64,000 bases of DNA from an uncultured Holophagae bacterium (lineage in GTDB: Bacteria > Acidobacteriota > Thermoanaerobaculia > Thermoanaerobaculales > Sulfomarinibacteraceae), in assembly GCA_963754985.1 (NCBI GenBank), contig CAVWIJ010000001.1, positions 97,035-161,034 of the forward strand, read 5' to 3'. Each line of letters begins with the position of its first letter. Position 1 is the stretch's first letter. The notes below the pieces were generated by a model. That model had not been told where the DNA came from. It saw only the letters and a program-made list of their open reading frames with translations, and made no database searches. A program made the translations under genes and the position numbers. Below are positions 1-10,673 of the stretch, piece after piece.

Positions 1-562
1 CGCCGCCGTCGACGTAGCCCTCGTAGGACGGGAAGTAGGTCGGCGCCGCCGCTGTGTACAGGCCGACCTTCCACGCGAGCGCGCCGGCGTCGGTGCCCTC
101 GCCCGGGAAGTTGTGAAACAGCTTGGGCTTCCAGGTCCTCGGCTCACCGGCTCCACGCCCGGGGTCGTCGACGTTGTCGAGGTCGAAGGTCGCGACCAGC
201 ACTCGCGTGGCGAGGTCTCCGAGCGTCGTCGTCTCGCCGAGGACCCGCTGGAGCTCGCGCGTCAGGCCCTTGAGGCTGTAGTTGGCGCCGATCACCTTGC
301 CGAGGTCGACGACGTTGTCGAGCCAGGAGTCGTCGAAGATCGCCCGGCCCTTGGTCAGGTAGAGGTCCTCGATGGCGGCGAGATCGAGGCCTCTGGCGAT
401 CCCGAGCGCGAGCAGGCCCCCGGTCGAGGTCCCGGCGATGAGGTCGGCCTCATCCAACCAACCGCCCAGGCCCGGCTCGGCCGCGAGCCGCTTGAGCAGG
501 ACGACCGTGATGATGCCGCGGATTCCGCCGCCGTCGAGCGAAAGCACTCGGTAGGTCGCCAT
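1..562 (-). CDS. patatin-like phospholipase, N-terminal part (gene runs off the left edge of the window)
   Basis: Absent from the ORF track because no stop lies in the window. Reverse-strand translation from the ATG at 562 reads MATYRVLSLDGGGIRGIITVVLLKRL...DLIAGTSTGGLLALG...FPSYEGYVDGG. This gives the patatin oxyanion GGGxRG, nucleophile GxSxG (GTSTG) and catalytic DGG motifs in the expected order. Confidence 0.85.
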   Translation of the reverse strand, partial: MATYRVLSLDGGGIRGIITVVLLKRLAAEPGLGGWLDEADLIAGTSTGGLLALGIARGLDLAAIEDLYLTKGRAIFDDSWLDNVVDLGKVIGANYSLKGLTRELQRVLGETTTLGDLATRVLVATFDLDNVDDPGRGAGEPRTWKPKLFHNFPGEGTDAGALAWKVGLYTAAAPTYFPSYEGYVDGG

Positions 563-823
563 CCCTCAGCCCCCATGGCCGCAAGCCGGCACCCATCCAC
601 CGTCGCGATCCGCACCCTTCCGCCGCCGGAAGCGCTGGCTCGGCGGGTCGTCGGGTGGGCGCCGGAAGGCGCATTCCACCCTGACCTCTGAGTCAACCGC
701 CCCGCGGCGCCCGAAATGCCCTCAGAACGCTGCGCCGGCGGTGACCTTGAGAACCGGTATAATCTTCAGTGGTTGAGTCAAACAGGGAAAGGGAGCACGG
801 GGCTGCGCCGTGGACCTCCGGCA

Positions 824-1867
824 ATGAACTCAGAATCTCCTGATCGGTTTGCGCTGCCTGCCTCGGCCTCGCTGCTCGAGGAGGCCAAGGCCACGTGGCG
901 GCAGGCGGTCGCCGCCTACCAGAGCCCGACAGCTGCGCCGCAGCCTGTGGCAGCTCGCCAACAGCGTCCTCCCCTTCCTCGCGCTGTGGTACCTCGCCTA
1001 CCGGCTGCTCGCAGTGTCGTACTGGCTGGCCCTGCCGGTGCAGGCCCTGGCCGGCGGCTTCCTGATCCGGGTCTTCATCATCTTCCACGACTGCGGCCAC
1101 GGCTCGTTCTTCGCGTCGCGCAAGGCCAACGACGTGGTCGGCTTCCTGACCGGCGTCCTGACCCTCACGCCCTATCAGGACTGGCGGGACGAGCACGCGC
1201 GGCACCACGCGACCGCCGGCGACCTCGACCGGCGCGGCGCTCGGCGACGTGTGGACCATGACGGTGGACGAGTACCGCGCAGCGACGCTTCTGGCAGCGG
1301 CTCGGCTACCGGCTCTACCGCAACCCGCTCGTGCATGTTCGGCCTCGGCCCGGTGTACGTGTTCGCCATCAAGCAGCGCTTCCCCCGATCCCGGAGCGGA
1401 CCGCGCGGACGGCGCAGCGTCCTGTTGACCGACCTCGCGCTCGTCGCCGTCGTCGGCACCCTGTTCGCGACCATCGGCGTCGGCAAGACCCTGCTCGTCC
1501 ATCTGCCGATCCTCGCCATCGGCGGCGCGGCCGGCATCTGGCTGTTCTACGTCCAGCACCAGTTCGAGGGCGTCTACTGGGAGCACCGCGACAAGCGCGA
1601 CTACGTGGCCGTGGCGATGCAGGGCAGCTCGTTCTACGCCCTGCCGCGGATCCTGCAGTGGTTCTCCGGCAACATCGGCTTCCACCACATCCACCACCTG
1701 AGCCCGACGATCCCCAACTACCGGCTCCCGGAGTGCCACCGCGAGCAGGAGGTGTTCCAGAAGGTGGACCGGCTGACGCTGCGCCGAGCCTGCGTTCGCT
1801 GCGCCTGCGCCTCTACGACGAGGCGTCCCGTCGGCTGGTCGGCTTCGCCGCGCTGTCGGCCCGGTAG
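824..1867 (+). pseudogene. membrane fatty acid desaturase, frame-disrupted (pseudogene or assembly indels)
   Basis: Histidine boxes HDCGH, HARHH and HHIHH are present, as are the conserved flanks SLWQLANSVLPF, GDVWTMTVDEYRAA, FWQRLGYRLYRNPLV and SLRSLRLRLYDEASRRLVGF, but they are spread over three frames. Start is ATG 824 (MNSESPDRF) and the stop is at 1865-1867. Inferred frame changes lie near 925, 1240, 1288, 1334 and 1785. Track ORF 849..1883 reads through the middle out of frame. Confidence 0.8.
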
Positions 1868-1875
1868 GAGCGTGT

Positions 1876-1991
1876 GGGCATAGGCCCCTCGGCGCACGCG
1901 GGTCGTAGGCCTTTGGGTGTGCATGAGGCGTCGAGGTCGCTGGCTGGCCTACGCCCCACGCGCGCCGAGAAGGATGCGCTGCGCGCATCCT
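1876..1991 (+). repeat. intergenic repeat family, copy A (116 bp), ending in hairpin GGATGCGC-TGC-GCGCATCC
   Basis: Begins GGGCATAGGCCCCTCGG and ends GGCCTACGCCCCACGCGCGCCGAGAAGGATGCGCTGCGCGCATCCT. The same termini occur at 18328-18416 and, inverted, at 58133-58235. It lies directly after the desaturase stop. Confidence 0.7.
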
Positions 1992-2162
1992 GACGAGATG
2001 GCAGGGGCCCGCAACGTGTTCATCCGGATCGGCAACGGGCGTCTCGGCAGGCGCGCGGGTGCGAACACGCCGACCCGTGCTAGTGTGTCGGCTCGCGCCG
2101 GCCGCCGGGCCAGTAACGCCGGGCGCGAGTGACTCATAGGCGGGACCACAGGAGAGGACGTC

Positions 2163-2948
2163 ATGAACATCCGAAATCTGGCGCTGATCGCACTCGCCGC
2201 CGCGCTTGTGGCCGGCAATGCTTGCTCGAACGAAAAGGTCGCGAAGGACCACCCCACCGCCCAGGCCCAGCCATCGACAGGCCCGGAGGCGGCGGCGCCG
2301 GCTGGCGGCGGCAACACCTTCGCCGGCACGGTCGTAGAGACCATGGAGGCGGGGCCCTACACCTACGTGCGGGTGGAGGCCAACGGCCGCGAGATCTGGG
2401 CCGCCGCCAACCACTTCGAGGTGGCGGTGGGCGAGCAGGTCGAGGTGCCGCTCGACATGCCGATGGAGAGCTTCCACAGCGACACGCTCGACCGCGACTT
2501 CCCGCTCATCTACTTTGCCGGAGCGATCGCCCGTGAAGGCGAGACGACGGCACCGGCCATGCCGGCGGGGCATCCGCCGATCTCGGGCGCCGGCGCCGCT
2601 CACGGGACGGCCCCGGTTGCGCCCGTCGAGCCGGTGGCGGGCGGCCTGACGATCGCCGACATCTGGGCCGGCAAGAGCCGCCTCGCCGGCTCGACTGTCA
2701 CCGTGCGGGGCCGGGTCGTGAAGTTCAACCCCGGCATCATGGGCACCAACTGGATGCACCTGCAGGATGGCAGCGGGTCCGCCGCGAACGGCACCCACGA
2801 CCTCACGGTCACCACGCCGGCAGCGGTGACGGTCGGAGACGTGGTCACGGCGACCGGCACGGTGGCGGTCGACCAGGACTTCGGCGCCGGCTACGCCTAC
2901 CCGGTGATGATCCGCGAGGCCGCAGTCGTCACCCAGTCGCCGCTCTGA
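2163..2948 (+). CDS. putative secreted lipoprotein with OB-fold-like C-terminal half
   Basis: 261-aa ORF. The N-terminus MNIRNLALIALAAALVAGNAC is a signal peptide ending in a lipobox-like Cys. The C-terminal half (TVTVRGRVVKFNPGIMGTNWMHLQDGSG) resembles OB-fold lipoproteins by eye only. Confidence 0.7.
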   Translation: MNIRNLALIALAAALVAGNACSNEKVAKDHPTAQAQPSTGPEAAAPAGGGNTFAGTVVETMEAGPYTYVRVEANGREIWAAANHFEVAVGEQVEVPLDMPMESFHSDTLDRDFPLIYFAGAIAREGETTAPAMPAGHPPISGAGAAHGTAPVAPVEPVAGGLTIADIWAGKSRLAGSTVTVRGRVVKFNPGIMGTNWMHLQDGSGSAANGTHDLTVTTPAAVTVGDVVTATGTVAVDQDFGAGYAYPVMIREAAVVTQSPL

Positions 2949-2997
2949 CCTCAGCGGCGGGCGCACCCACCGGGCAGCGCCCGATTGCCCCGCGCCG

Positions 2998-5900
2998 TCA
3001 CTCCGCGGTCGACGGCGGCGAGAATCCGACCGCCACGTAGGTCGGGTCGCCGGTCACGTTGTCGACGATCGACAGGTACGCGCCGACCCGGCCGTCGCCG
3101 CCGAGGATCTCCACCTCCACTCTGCCGTTCTCCATCTGGCTGAGCCCGCCCAGAGCGTGCGGCATGTCGTTGATCTGGGTGTTCCCGTACGGCGGCAGGT
3201 CAATGGTTCTCGTCCCGGCGACCGCGCCGTGCTCATCCCACAGCGTCACTCGAACCTGCGCCTGCTCCCCCCACACCTCGCAGACGCCGAGGTTCGACCG
3301 GTAGGCCGGGGAGCGAACGATGCCGCCGACCGACTGCACCTGCTCACCGTCGGTCCGCATGACGTGATAGGGCGCCAGCGGTGGGATACCCTGGCCGTAG
3401 GAGCCTTCCTCGAGGCCGGGGGTCGAGGTCCGCGAGCTCACGATGATGTCGGTTCCCCGGATCTCGAGCGACCCTGCCCCGTTCGTACCGAAGACCGTTG
3501 CGACCACGTCTTCCCAGGTGGTGCTCGAGTGGGCGCCGAGCTCCAGGTCGGCGGCGAGGTAGTCGGTGGTGCCGTCCGACTCGCGCGGCGTGTAGAAGGC
3601 CTCGACCGTTTGCGGAGAGTCGACGAGGTTGAGCACCGTGAGTGTTGTGGTCCAGAAGGTGCCCTGCGCGCCGGGCGCGTTCGCAACAGCCGGGACGAAG
3701 TAGCTGTCCGTGGAGTGGACGCCGCGTACCGGTGGCGACGAGCCACCGGCGCCGGCCCGCAGCAGGATGTCGTCGACGTGCCAGCCGTCCGCGGTGATCG
3801 CCGAGTCGGTCTCGAGGCGGAAGCGGATCCGCGCCGCGGCCACCCCGTCGAGCTGGGGAAGGTCGATCGTCACGACCTCCCACATGGTGTGGTCCCGACC
3901 GGTGTAGCTCGCCACCGTCTCCCAGGTGGCGCCGTCGTCGGACGACACCTCGACGTAGCCGTAGTCAATGTAGTAGGTCTCGAGGTCGTAGATATGGGCA
4001 AACTCGAGCGTGGTGCCGGTCATCCCGCTGAGGTCGAGAGCCGGCGAGGTCAGCGAGACGTCGCGGTTGTTCCCGTAGTGGTAGGCTGGACTGTCGGTCC
4101 ACGAGTGGGTCGGGCTGGAGAACTCCTCGGTGGTGATAGCCCACGGCGACTGGGCAGTCCAGCCGATGTTGCCGCCCTCGACGTCGTCGAACAAAACCTG
4201 CTGGTAGGGGGCGAGCTGGAAGTCGAGCGGCGTGATCACGCCGGTGGTCGCCGAGACGTCCTCGGCGGTGAACGGCGCGTAGCCGTCGGCCACCGCGTTC
4301 ACGTCATAGGTCCCGGGCGGCAGCATCAGCTGGTAGCTGCCGTCGAGCGGGTCGGTCGCGGCGGAGAACGGGCCGGCGGTCACGATCGCCGCCAGTGGCT
4401 GCCCGTCCTCGGCGCTGCGGACGTCGCCGGCGAAGTGCGGCGCTGTGGCCGGATCGAGGATCCAGAACAAGACGGCGCTGGTCGGGCCCCAGGCGCCGGA
4501 CGCATCGCGCCCGGTGGCAAAGACGGTGTGGCGGCCGGTCGCGAGGCCGGTGGTGTCGATGGTGACGGTGGCCCACTCCTGGGAGGTGTCGAAGCTGCCG
4601 TCGGCGGGTGACATCGGCGTCGGGACTGCGCCGGCCTGCCACGGCGGGGCGTCGAGGTAGGCCGCAGCCTCGGTAATGTTCTGAACCGGCTCGGAGCCGT
4701 TGCTCTGGTTGAAGCGGCTGTCGTCGAGGCGCGCCCTGAACGTGACCGGTTCCCCGGGGGCGACCACGGTGATGCCGCCGAGGTCGACCTCGGTCGCGTC
4801 CGGGCCGCCAGGGGTGAGGTAGGGCGTGCGCGCGACCTTGGCCGCGTACCGGAGCGACTCGAGGTTGTCGGGCAGGATCGTCGCCTCGAAGCTGCCGCAG
4901 TCCTGGAAGAAGTCGGTCCCTAGCTCGAAGCCGTAGGCCGCCACGCCAAGGTCGCCGAACGCGAAGTCGGTGGTGTCGCCGTCGGTGGGGTAGAGGCCAA
5001 TGGACTGGTCGGGCGAGTAACCATTGAACCAGGCGAGGCGGCGGCCGAGGGTTTGCAGCGCGGCGTTGTTGGCGGTCTGGCTCGAGACAAATCCCCACGG
5101 CCACATCACGAGCTCGCCGTAGGAGTGAATGTCGAAGTAGACGCCGGTGGTGTCGGCCGGCGCCGGCGCCCCCAGGTCGGGCGCTCGCTGGTCGGGGAAG
5201 ATGGCACGGGCGTAGGCCTCGACCGCCTGCGTCTCGGGCTCCGAGGCCGCCGTCGCCCCGCGGTAGGTTTCATCGCAGGGGTTGGTGCTCGAGCCGCCGC
5301 AGCAGCCCCACTGGAACTCGAAATTGCGGTTGAGGTCGGCGCCCCGCGAGTCCGAGGTCGACCCGCAGTAGTTCTCGTTGGTGTTCTTGCGCCAGTACTC
5401 GCCGGTCTCGGCGTGCTTGCGTCCGTCCGGGTTGGTGTACAGCACGAGGTGGATCTCGTGCTCGTCGAGCAGCCAGGTGGCGTCGGCGTCCGTGCCGTGG
5501 CCGGCGAGCAGCTGCTCGGCAAAGCGCAGCATCAGCTCGGTGGTGGTGTACTCGCGGGCGTGGATCGCGGAGGTGACGAGCAGACGCGGCTTGCCGTGGG
5601 GCGGATCGGTTCCGGTGGGTGTCCCCGGGACCGCGCTGTTGGTGAGCTTGAGGACCATCATGTCGTAGCCGGGCAGGCCACCGGCCGTGGCCTTCTCCCA
5701 GGAATCGCCGATGTCGACCAACTGGGCGAGCTCCGGGTGGGCCGCGGCGAGGGCCTGGGCGTCGGCGAAGGTCTCCTCGACGGTGCGGTAGCACGGGTAG
5801 CCCGGGATGCCCTCGGTCTGTCCCTCCAGTCGCTTGAGTGGGGTGCACAGCCGGCTTGTCATGTGCTCGTCGATCTCGAGGGAGAGACCGGCGGCCATCA

Positions 5901-6108
5901 GCCGAGCGAAGCCGTCGGCGTCGACCCCGACCACCATGAAGCCCTCGTCGTAGCGCACCTCCCACGGCTCGGTCCATGCCGCCACCGCCGCCACCTGCGA
6001 GCGGTCGGAGAACCACGCCCGGACCACGGTCGGACAGTCGTCGGCGGCCGCCATCGAGTGCGTCGCGAAGGCCACCAGCGCTACAAAGACAGAGGTCGCG
6101 ACTCGCAT
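2998..6108 (-). CDS. secreted M14-family zinc carboxypeptidase with C-terminal accessory domains
   Basis: Signal peptide MRVATSVFVALVAFATHSMAA. M14 motifs HAREYTTTE (HxxE), NPDGR, DLNRNF and DIHSYGE. These are followed by a carboxypeptidase-regulatory-like segment, a MAM/immune-inhibitor-A-like segment (GYVEVSSDDGATWE) and a 234-aa C-terminal domain (3001-3702) that recurs elsewhere in the window. An RBS GGGAGG lies 5 nt upstream of ATG 6108; the track start 6114 is GTG. Confidence 0.9.
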   Translation of the reverse strand: MRVATSVFVALVAFATHSMAAADDCPTVVRAWFSDRSQVAAVAAWTEPWEVRYDEGFMVVGVDADGFARLMAAGLSLEIDEHMTSRLCTPLKRLEGQTEGIPGYPCYRTVEETFADAQALAAAHPELAQLVDIGDSWEKATAGGLPGYDMMVLKLTNSAVPGTPTGTDPPHGKPRLLVTSAIHAREYTTTELMLRFAEQLLAGHGTDADATWLLDEHEIHLVLYTNPDGRKHAETGEYWRKNTNENYCGSTSDSRGADLNRNFEFQWGCCGGSSTNPCDETYRGATAASEPETQAVEAYARAIFPDQRAPDLGAPAPADTTGVYFDIHSYGELVMWPWGFVSSQTANNAALQTLGRRLAWFNGYSPDQSIGLYPTDGDTTDFAFGDLGVAAYGFELGTDFFQDCGSFEATILPDNLESLRYAAKVARTPYLTPGGPDATEVDLGGITVVAPGEPVTFRARLDDSRFNQSNGSEPVQNITEAAAYLDAPPWQAGAVPTPMSPADGSFDTSQEWATVTIDTTGLATGRHTVFATGRDASGAWGPTSAVLFWILDPATAPHFAGDVRSAEDGQPLAAIVTAGPFSAATDPLDGSYQLMLPPGTYDVNAVADGYAPFTAEDVSATTGVITPLDFQLAPYQQVLFDDVEGGNIGWTAQSPWAITTEEFSSPTHSWTDSPAYHYGNNRDVSLTSPALDLSGMTGTTLEFAHIYDLETYYIDYGYVEVSSDDGATWETVASYTGRDHTMWEVVTIDLPQLDGVAAARIRFRLETDSAITADGWHVDDILLRAGAGGSSPPVRGVHSTDSYFVPAVANAPGAQGTFWTTTLTVLNLVDSPQTVEAFYTPRESDGTTDYLAADLELGAHSSTTWEDVVATVFGTNGAGSLEIRGTDIIVSSRTSTPGLEEGSYGQGIPPLAPYHVMRTDGEQVQSVGGIVRSPAYRSNLGVCEVWGEQAQVRVTLWDEHGAVAGTRTIDLPPYGNTQINDMPHALGGLSQMENGRVEVEILGGDGRVGAYLSIVDNVTGDPTYVAVGFSPPSTAE

Positions 6109-6219
6109 TGGCACCTCCCGGTTGAGGGTTATTCCTCACTCTACTACCACCAAGGGAGAACCCGCGGTGAGGGCCCCTCGAAGTCCTGCCCGCGGGGCGA
6201 AGCGGAGCGGCAGAACCTG

Positions 6220-8378
6220 CTACCTGGTGGGGAGCGCCGCCTTGACCCGCGCCGGCGTGAGCGGCATCCGCAGCACCCGCGCCCCAACCGCATCGAAGAC
6301 GGCGTTGGCGATCGCCGCGCCGACCACGATGATCGCCGGCTCGCCGCCACCCTGGGGCGGGTCGTTGGGCGCATCGATGATCACCGTCTCGATCGCCGGC
6401 AGCCAGGAGAAGCGTGGAATCTCGTAGGTGTCGAAGTTGCGGTCGAGGACCTCGCCGCCCGAAAAGTGCAGCTCCTCGGCGAGGGCGTAGCCCATCCCCA
6501 TGGTGAGGCAGCCCTCCATCTGGATGACGGCGCCGGCGGGGTTGATGACCAGGCCCATGTTCTGGGCGCAGACCAGCCGCGCGACGCGGACCCGCCCCGA
6601 GACGCGGTCGACCTCGACCTCGGCGGCGAGCGCGACAAAGGTGCCGGCATCAATACCGCAGGCGATGCCCTGGCCGCGTCCGCTCGGCGCCTTTGCGGGC
6701 CGCCAGGAGAAGCGGTCGGCGGCCGCCTGCAGCACGCCGCGCATCTTCGCGTCGCTCAGGTTGCGCAGCCGGAACTCGACGGGATCGAGTCCGGCCGCAG
6801 CCGCCAGGATGTCGACGTGCGACTCGCGCGCGAAGGTGTTGGTGTTGTTCCCGGGCGCCCGCCAGGCGCCGGTCGCGAAGGGGTGGGTGCCCGGCCCGCC
6901 CCGCCAGCCCGCCGGCGCGGCCACGGTCCGGTGGTGCGGCACGTCGTAGAACTGGTCCGCGCCGCGATCACCGGCGAAGTAGACCAGGTAGTCCCAGTAC
7001 GCGATGCGGCCGGCGGGGGTGACGCCAGCGTCGATCGTCACCACGGCGGCCGGCCGGAAGGTGTCGTAGAAAAACTCCTCGGCCCGGGTCCAGGCCACCT
7101 GCACGGGCCGTCCGGTGAGCCGGGCCAGCCTGGCGGCCTCGATCGCCTGGCGGTTCGCCGTCTTGCCGCCGAAGCCGCCGCCCACGAATGGCGGGACCAC
7201 CCGCACCGCATCCTCGGGCAGGGCGAGCGCCTGGGCCGCCTCGGCCCGGAGCGGGTACGGTGTCTGGGTCGACGCCCAGATCGTGAGCCGATCGTCCTCG
7301 AACGCCGCGACCGCGGTGTGGGTCTCGATGGCCGCGTGGGCGCGGTAGCCATCGTGGTAGGTGTGACGGGCCGCGGCGCTGGCGGCGGCGCGGCCGGCCG
7401 CGAGGTCGCCGCCCTCGGCCACGGTCTCGCCCGCCGGCGCCACCTTGACGAGGTGGTCGAAGATACTGTCCTGGTCGAGCTCGGAGCGGGGCGAGTCCCA
7501 CGTCGCGCGCACCCGCGCGAGCGCCTGCTCCGCGCCATCCGGGGTCGGGTGCAGCACGGCGATCAGATCGCCCTCGCGGACCACCGTCGCCCCATCCACC
7601 CCGGCGACAGCGGAGACGTCGACCTCCCGGAGGGTGGCGCCGTGCGCGGGCGGTCGCAGCAATCGGGCATAGAGCATGCCGTCGCGCCGGAGGTCGCCTG
7701 CGTACTGAGCGCGGCCGGTGACCTTGACCTCGGCGTCGCGGCGCAGCACCGGCCGGCCCACCACCTGGAAGTCGGCGACCGGCTCGAGCGCCGCCTTCCG
7801 GCCGAGGCGACGGCCGATCGCCTGGCCTTTCGCGAGCTCTGCGTAGCTGAGGCCGCGGGCCGGGTCGGTTGTGTCGACGATTCGCCCTGCTCGCGCCGCC
7901 AAGCGCTCCCGCGGAAGCTCCAGCCGGTCGGCCGCGAGATCGATCAGCACCTCCCGGGCCTCGGCCGCGGCGGCGCGCAGCGGCGGCCCGAAGAAACGCG
8001 TGGTCATCGAGCCGAAGGTGCCCATGTCCCACGGGCAGATGTCGGTGTCGCCCATCGTCATGTCCACCGACTCGAGCGGCACCTCGAGCTCGTCGGCCAA
8101 CATCTGCGCCAGCGACGTGACCACGCCCTGGCCCATCTCGATCTTGCCGGTGAAGCCGGTGACCCGCCCGTCCTCGCCGATCCGCAGGAAGGCGTTGAAG
8201 TCCGCGGGCAGCTCCCGGGCGAGTGACAGGCGTGGCGGCCCCTGCTCGAGGGCGAGCAGGTCACGGGCCGACACCGCCACCACGATCCCGCCGCCGAACA
8301 GGCGCAGGAACCGGCGGCGGCTGACCTCGGTCGGAGGCTCGAGGTCGAAGAAGGGAAGGAGCTCGTCGTGATGGCTGG

Positions 8379-8382
<4 letters not shown>
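6220..8382 (-). CDS. molybdopterin-binding oxidoreductase large subunit (IorB / aldehyde oxidase-xanthine dehydrogenase family)
   Basis: The true start is MTSHHDELLPFFDLEPPTEVSRRRFLRLFGGG (Tat-like SRRRFL). The track ORF 6220..8787 is an N-terminal over-extension into the upstream gene. Family motifs present: GKIEMGQGV, FVGGGFGGK, GEPAI. The ATG overlaps the upstream stop (ATGA at 8382-8379). Confidence 0.9.
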
Positions 8383-8861
<479 letters not shown>

Positions 8862-8891
8862 GGGGACTCCCCGACCTGGCTTCTCTATTCT

Positions 8892-10633
8892 CTATCCACG
8901 CAGCGCGGACGCAAATATTCCCGGAACGTGCCGCCACCCGGGATCGGCGGCGAAGGCGGCGACCCGGCGCGCGGTCACGTGCGCGGTGCGGTTGGTCACG
9001 AACCACGGCGGCTTCGGCAGCATGCTCGGGTCCCCGTGCATCCAGCTGCGCGGGAAGGGGTAGAAGGGGCCACGAACCACCGTCTTCTGCGGCCTGTCGA
9101 AGAGGAAGCTGTTACGGACGACACCGATACCGCTCCCGATGTCCTCGAGGGTGTGCCCGGGGTAGGCGCCCCAGGTCGCCTGGGCGAGCATGAAGGCGAT
9201 GGCTGCCCACACGTTGACGCCGACCGCGCCGTACTCGAGGGCGGCGATCGCACGATCCAGGGCGGGACCGGCTTCGCGCATGGTCGCTGGGTGGACAACC
9301 AGACTTGCTCCGAGCGTGCCGGCGAGATGCCGGTTGCAGAACGCCGTGGCGTTGTCGAGGAAGCTGGGGACGTCGTTGCCCGGCAGCTCGACCTCGGCAA
9401 GAACCTCGCCGAAGGCCTCGCTCGAGAAGCAGTGCTCGGCCGCAGCCTCGGCGTCGAGACCGGTTATCAGCGTGCGTGGCACCTCGCCCGTGAAGAGCTC
9501 GGCGTCGGGGTGGGCCGCGGCTACCCCCCGCTGGCGATCCGCCGCACCGGGATAGAACGCGGCCCGCGGCGGCAGCTCGCGCATCAGCCGCCGCACCTCG
9601 TCGAGGAACGCGCACCGCAGCGGCCACTCTCGGGGCAGCACCAGCACCTGGGCGGCGACGCAGTTGCAGCCACCGTTGTGCAGCTTCATGGCGGCCACGT
9701 GCTCGGCCTGATAGCGCAGGTCGGTCTCCGACCACGGACCGGGAACGACGATGACCGGGCAAACGCCACCGAGCTCGCTGGTGATCGGCTTGCCGAGCAG
9801 GGGCTCGCCGCTTCGCCGGCGGGCGGCAGCCTGCTCCCCAATACCCCAGACGATCGCGTCGTGGGTCGCGGCGCTGCCGGTGATGTGGACCTCATCGATG
9901 CCGTCGTGTCGCACCAAGTAGTCGCCGACCTCGGCGCCGCCGCCGACCACGCGTAGGAAGCCCGCTGCCACGAATGGCTCGAACACCTCCTCGAGAATGC
10001 CCGCCAGGTAGGCGTTGACCGGGCTCATCTTGAGCAGCACCACCTGGCCGCGCGCGATCAGCCGGTAGAGCGCATCGAGCGGCGGGATGCTGTTGACGTT
10101 GCCCGCCCCGAGCACGAGCGCCACCCGACCGCGCGGGTCGCGGCTCCCGGTAGATACCGGGCGACGTGCTCGGCGAGCTCGGCGGCGGCAACGCCCGGCT
10201 GCATCCAGACCTCCGCCGTGATGCCGCTCAGCAGCAGCCGGTCAAAGACCGAGCGCGGGAAGACCGGCACGACGACGCGTCCGTCGTCACGGGTCGTGAC
10301 CCCCTTGAACTCGGGCAGCCGCCCGGCGGCGAGCGCGGACAGCGTATCGACGTAGCCGCTGGCGGCGGCCGCCACGGCGTAAGGGCCGCCCATCCACTCC
10401 TCGCCGACCCACGGCGAGCGCGGGTCGATCCGCTTGGCCGCCACCGACGCATCCACCCAGCGCTTGCCGCACCTGCCGAGGTTGCGGCGGGTCGCCAGGA
10501 GCATCGCCACCTTGCGGTCGACCCCGAGCCTCGCCCACTCGTCGGCGTGGGATCGGAGCTCGCCGATCGCACGGTCGAGGCTGGTGCGATCCACCGCGCT
10601 GCCGGTGTCTGAGCCGACCGTGGAGTTTCCCAT
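8892..10633 (-). CDS. aldehyde dehydrogenase family protein, one apparent frame disruption near 10130
   Basis: Track ORFs 10058..10633 (MGNSTVGSD...AEHVARYLPG) and 8892..10124 (ALVLGAGNVNSIPPLD...ELGGVCPVIV...GGCNCVAAQ) are the N- and C-terminal parts of one ALDH-fold protein. In the alternative frame the junction reads GSRDPRGRVALVLGAGN. RBS AAGGAGG lies upstream of ATG 10633. Confidence 0.8.
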
Positions 10634-10673
10634 CGTGCCCTCCTTCGCGGACTGCGACCCGGTGCGGCGCGAG

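Noticed and set aside
113-691. 192-aa plus-strand ORF at the left edge
   Set aside because: The opposite strand encodes a patatin N-terminus with GGGxRG, GxSxG and DGG motifs, so the plus-strand ORF is antisense noise.
693-2966. 757-aa ORF on the minus strand spanning the desaturase and lipoprotein loci
   Set aside because: Arg/Gly/Pro/Ala-rich with no motif. It lies antisense to two genes that have clear family signatures or signal peptides. This is a typical long spurious ORF of high-GC DNA.
5053-8226. 1057-aa plus-strand ORF
   Set aside because: Antisense to the M14 peptidase and the IorB-like gene, both of which have unambiguous motifs. The composition is low-complexity Arg/Gly/Val/Asp. 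GC artefact.
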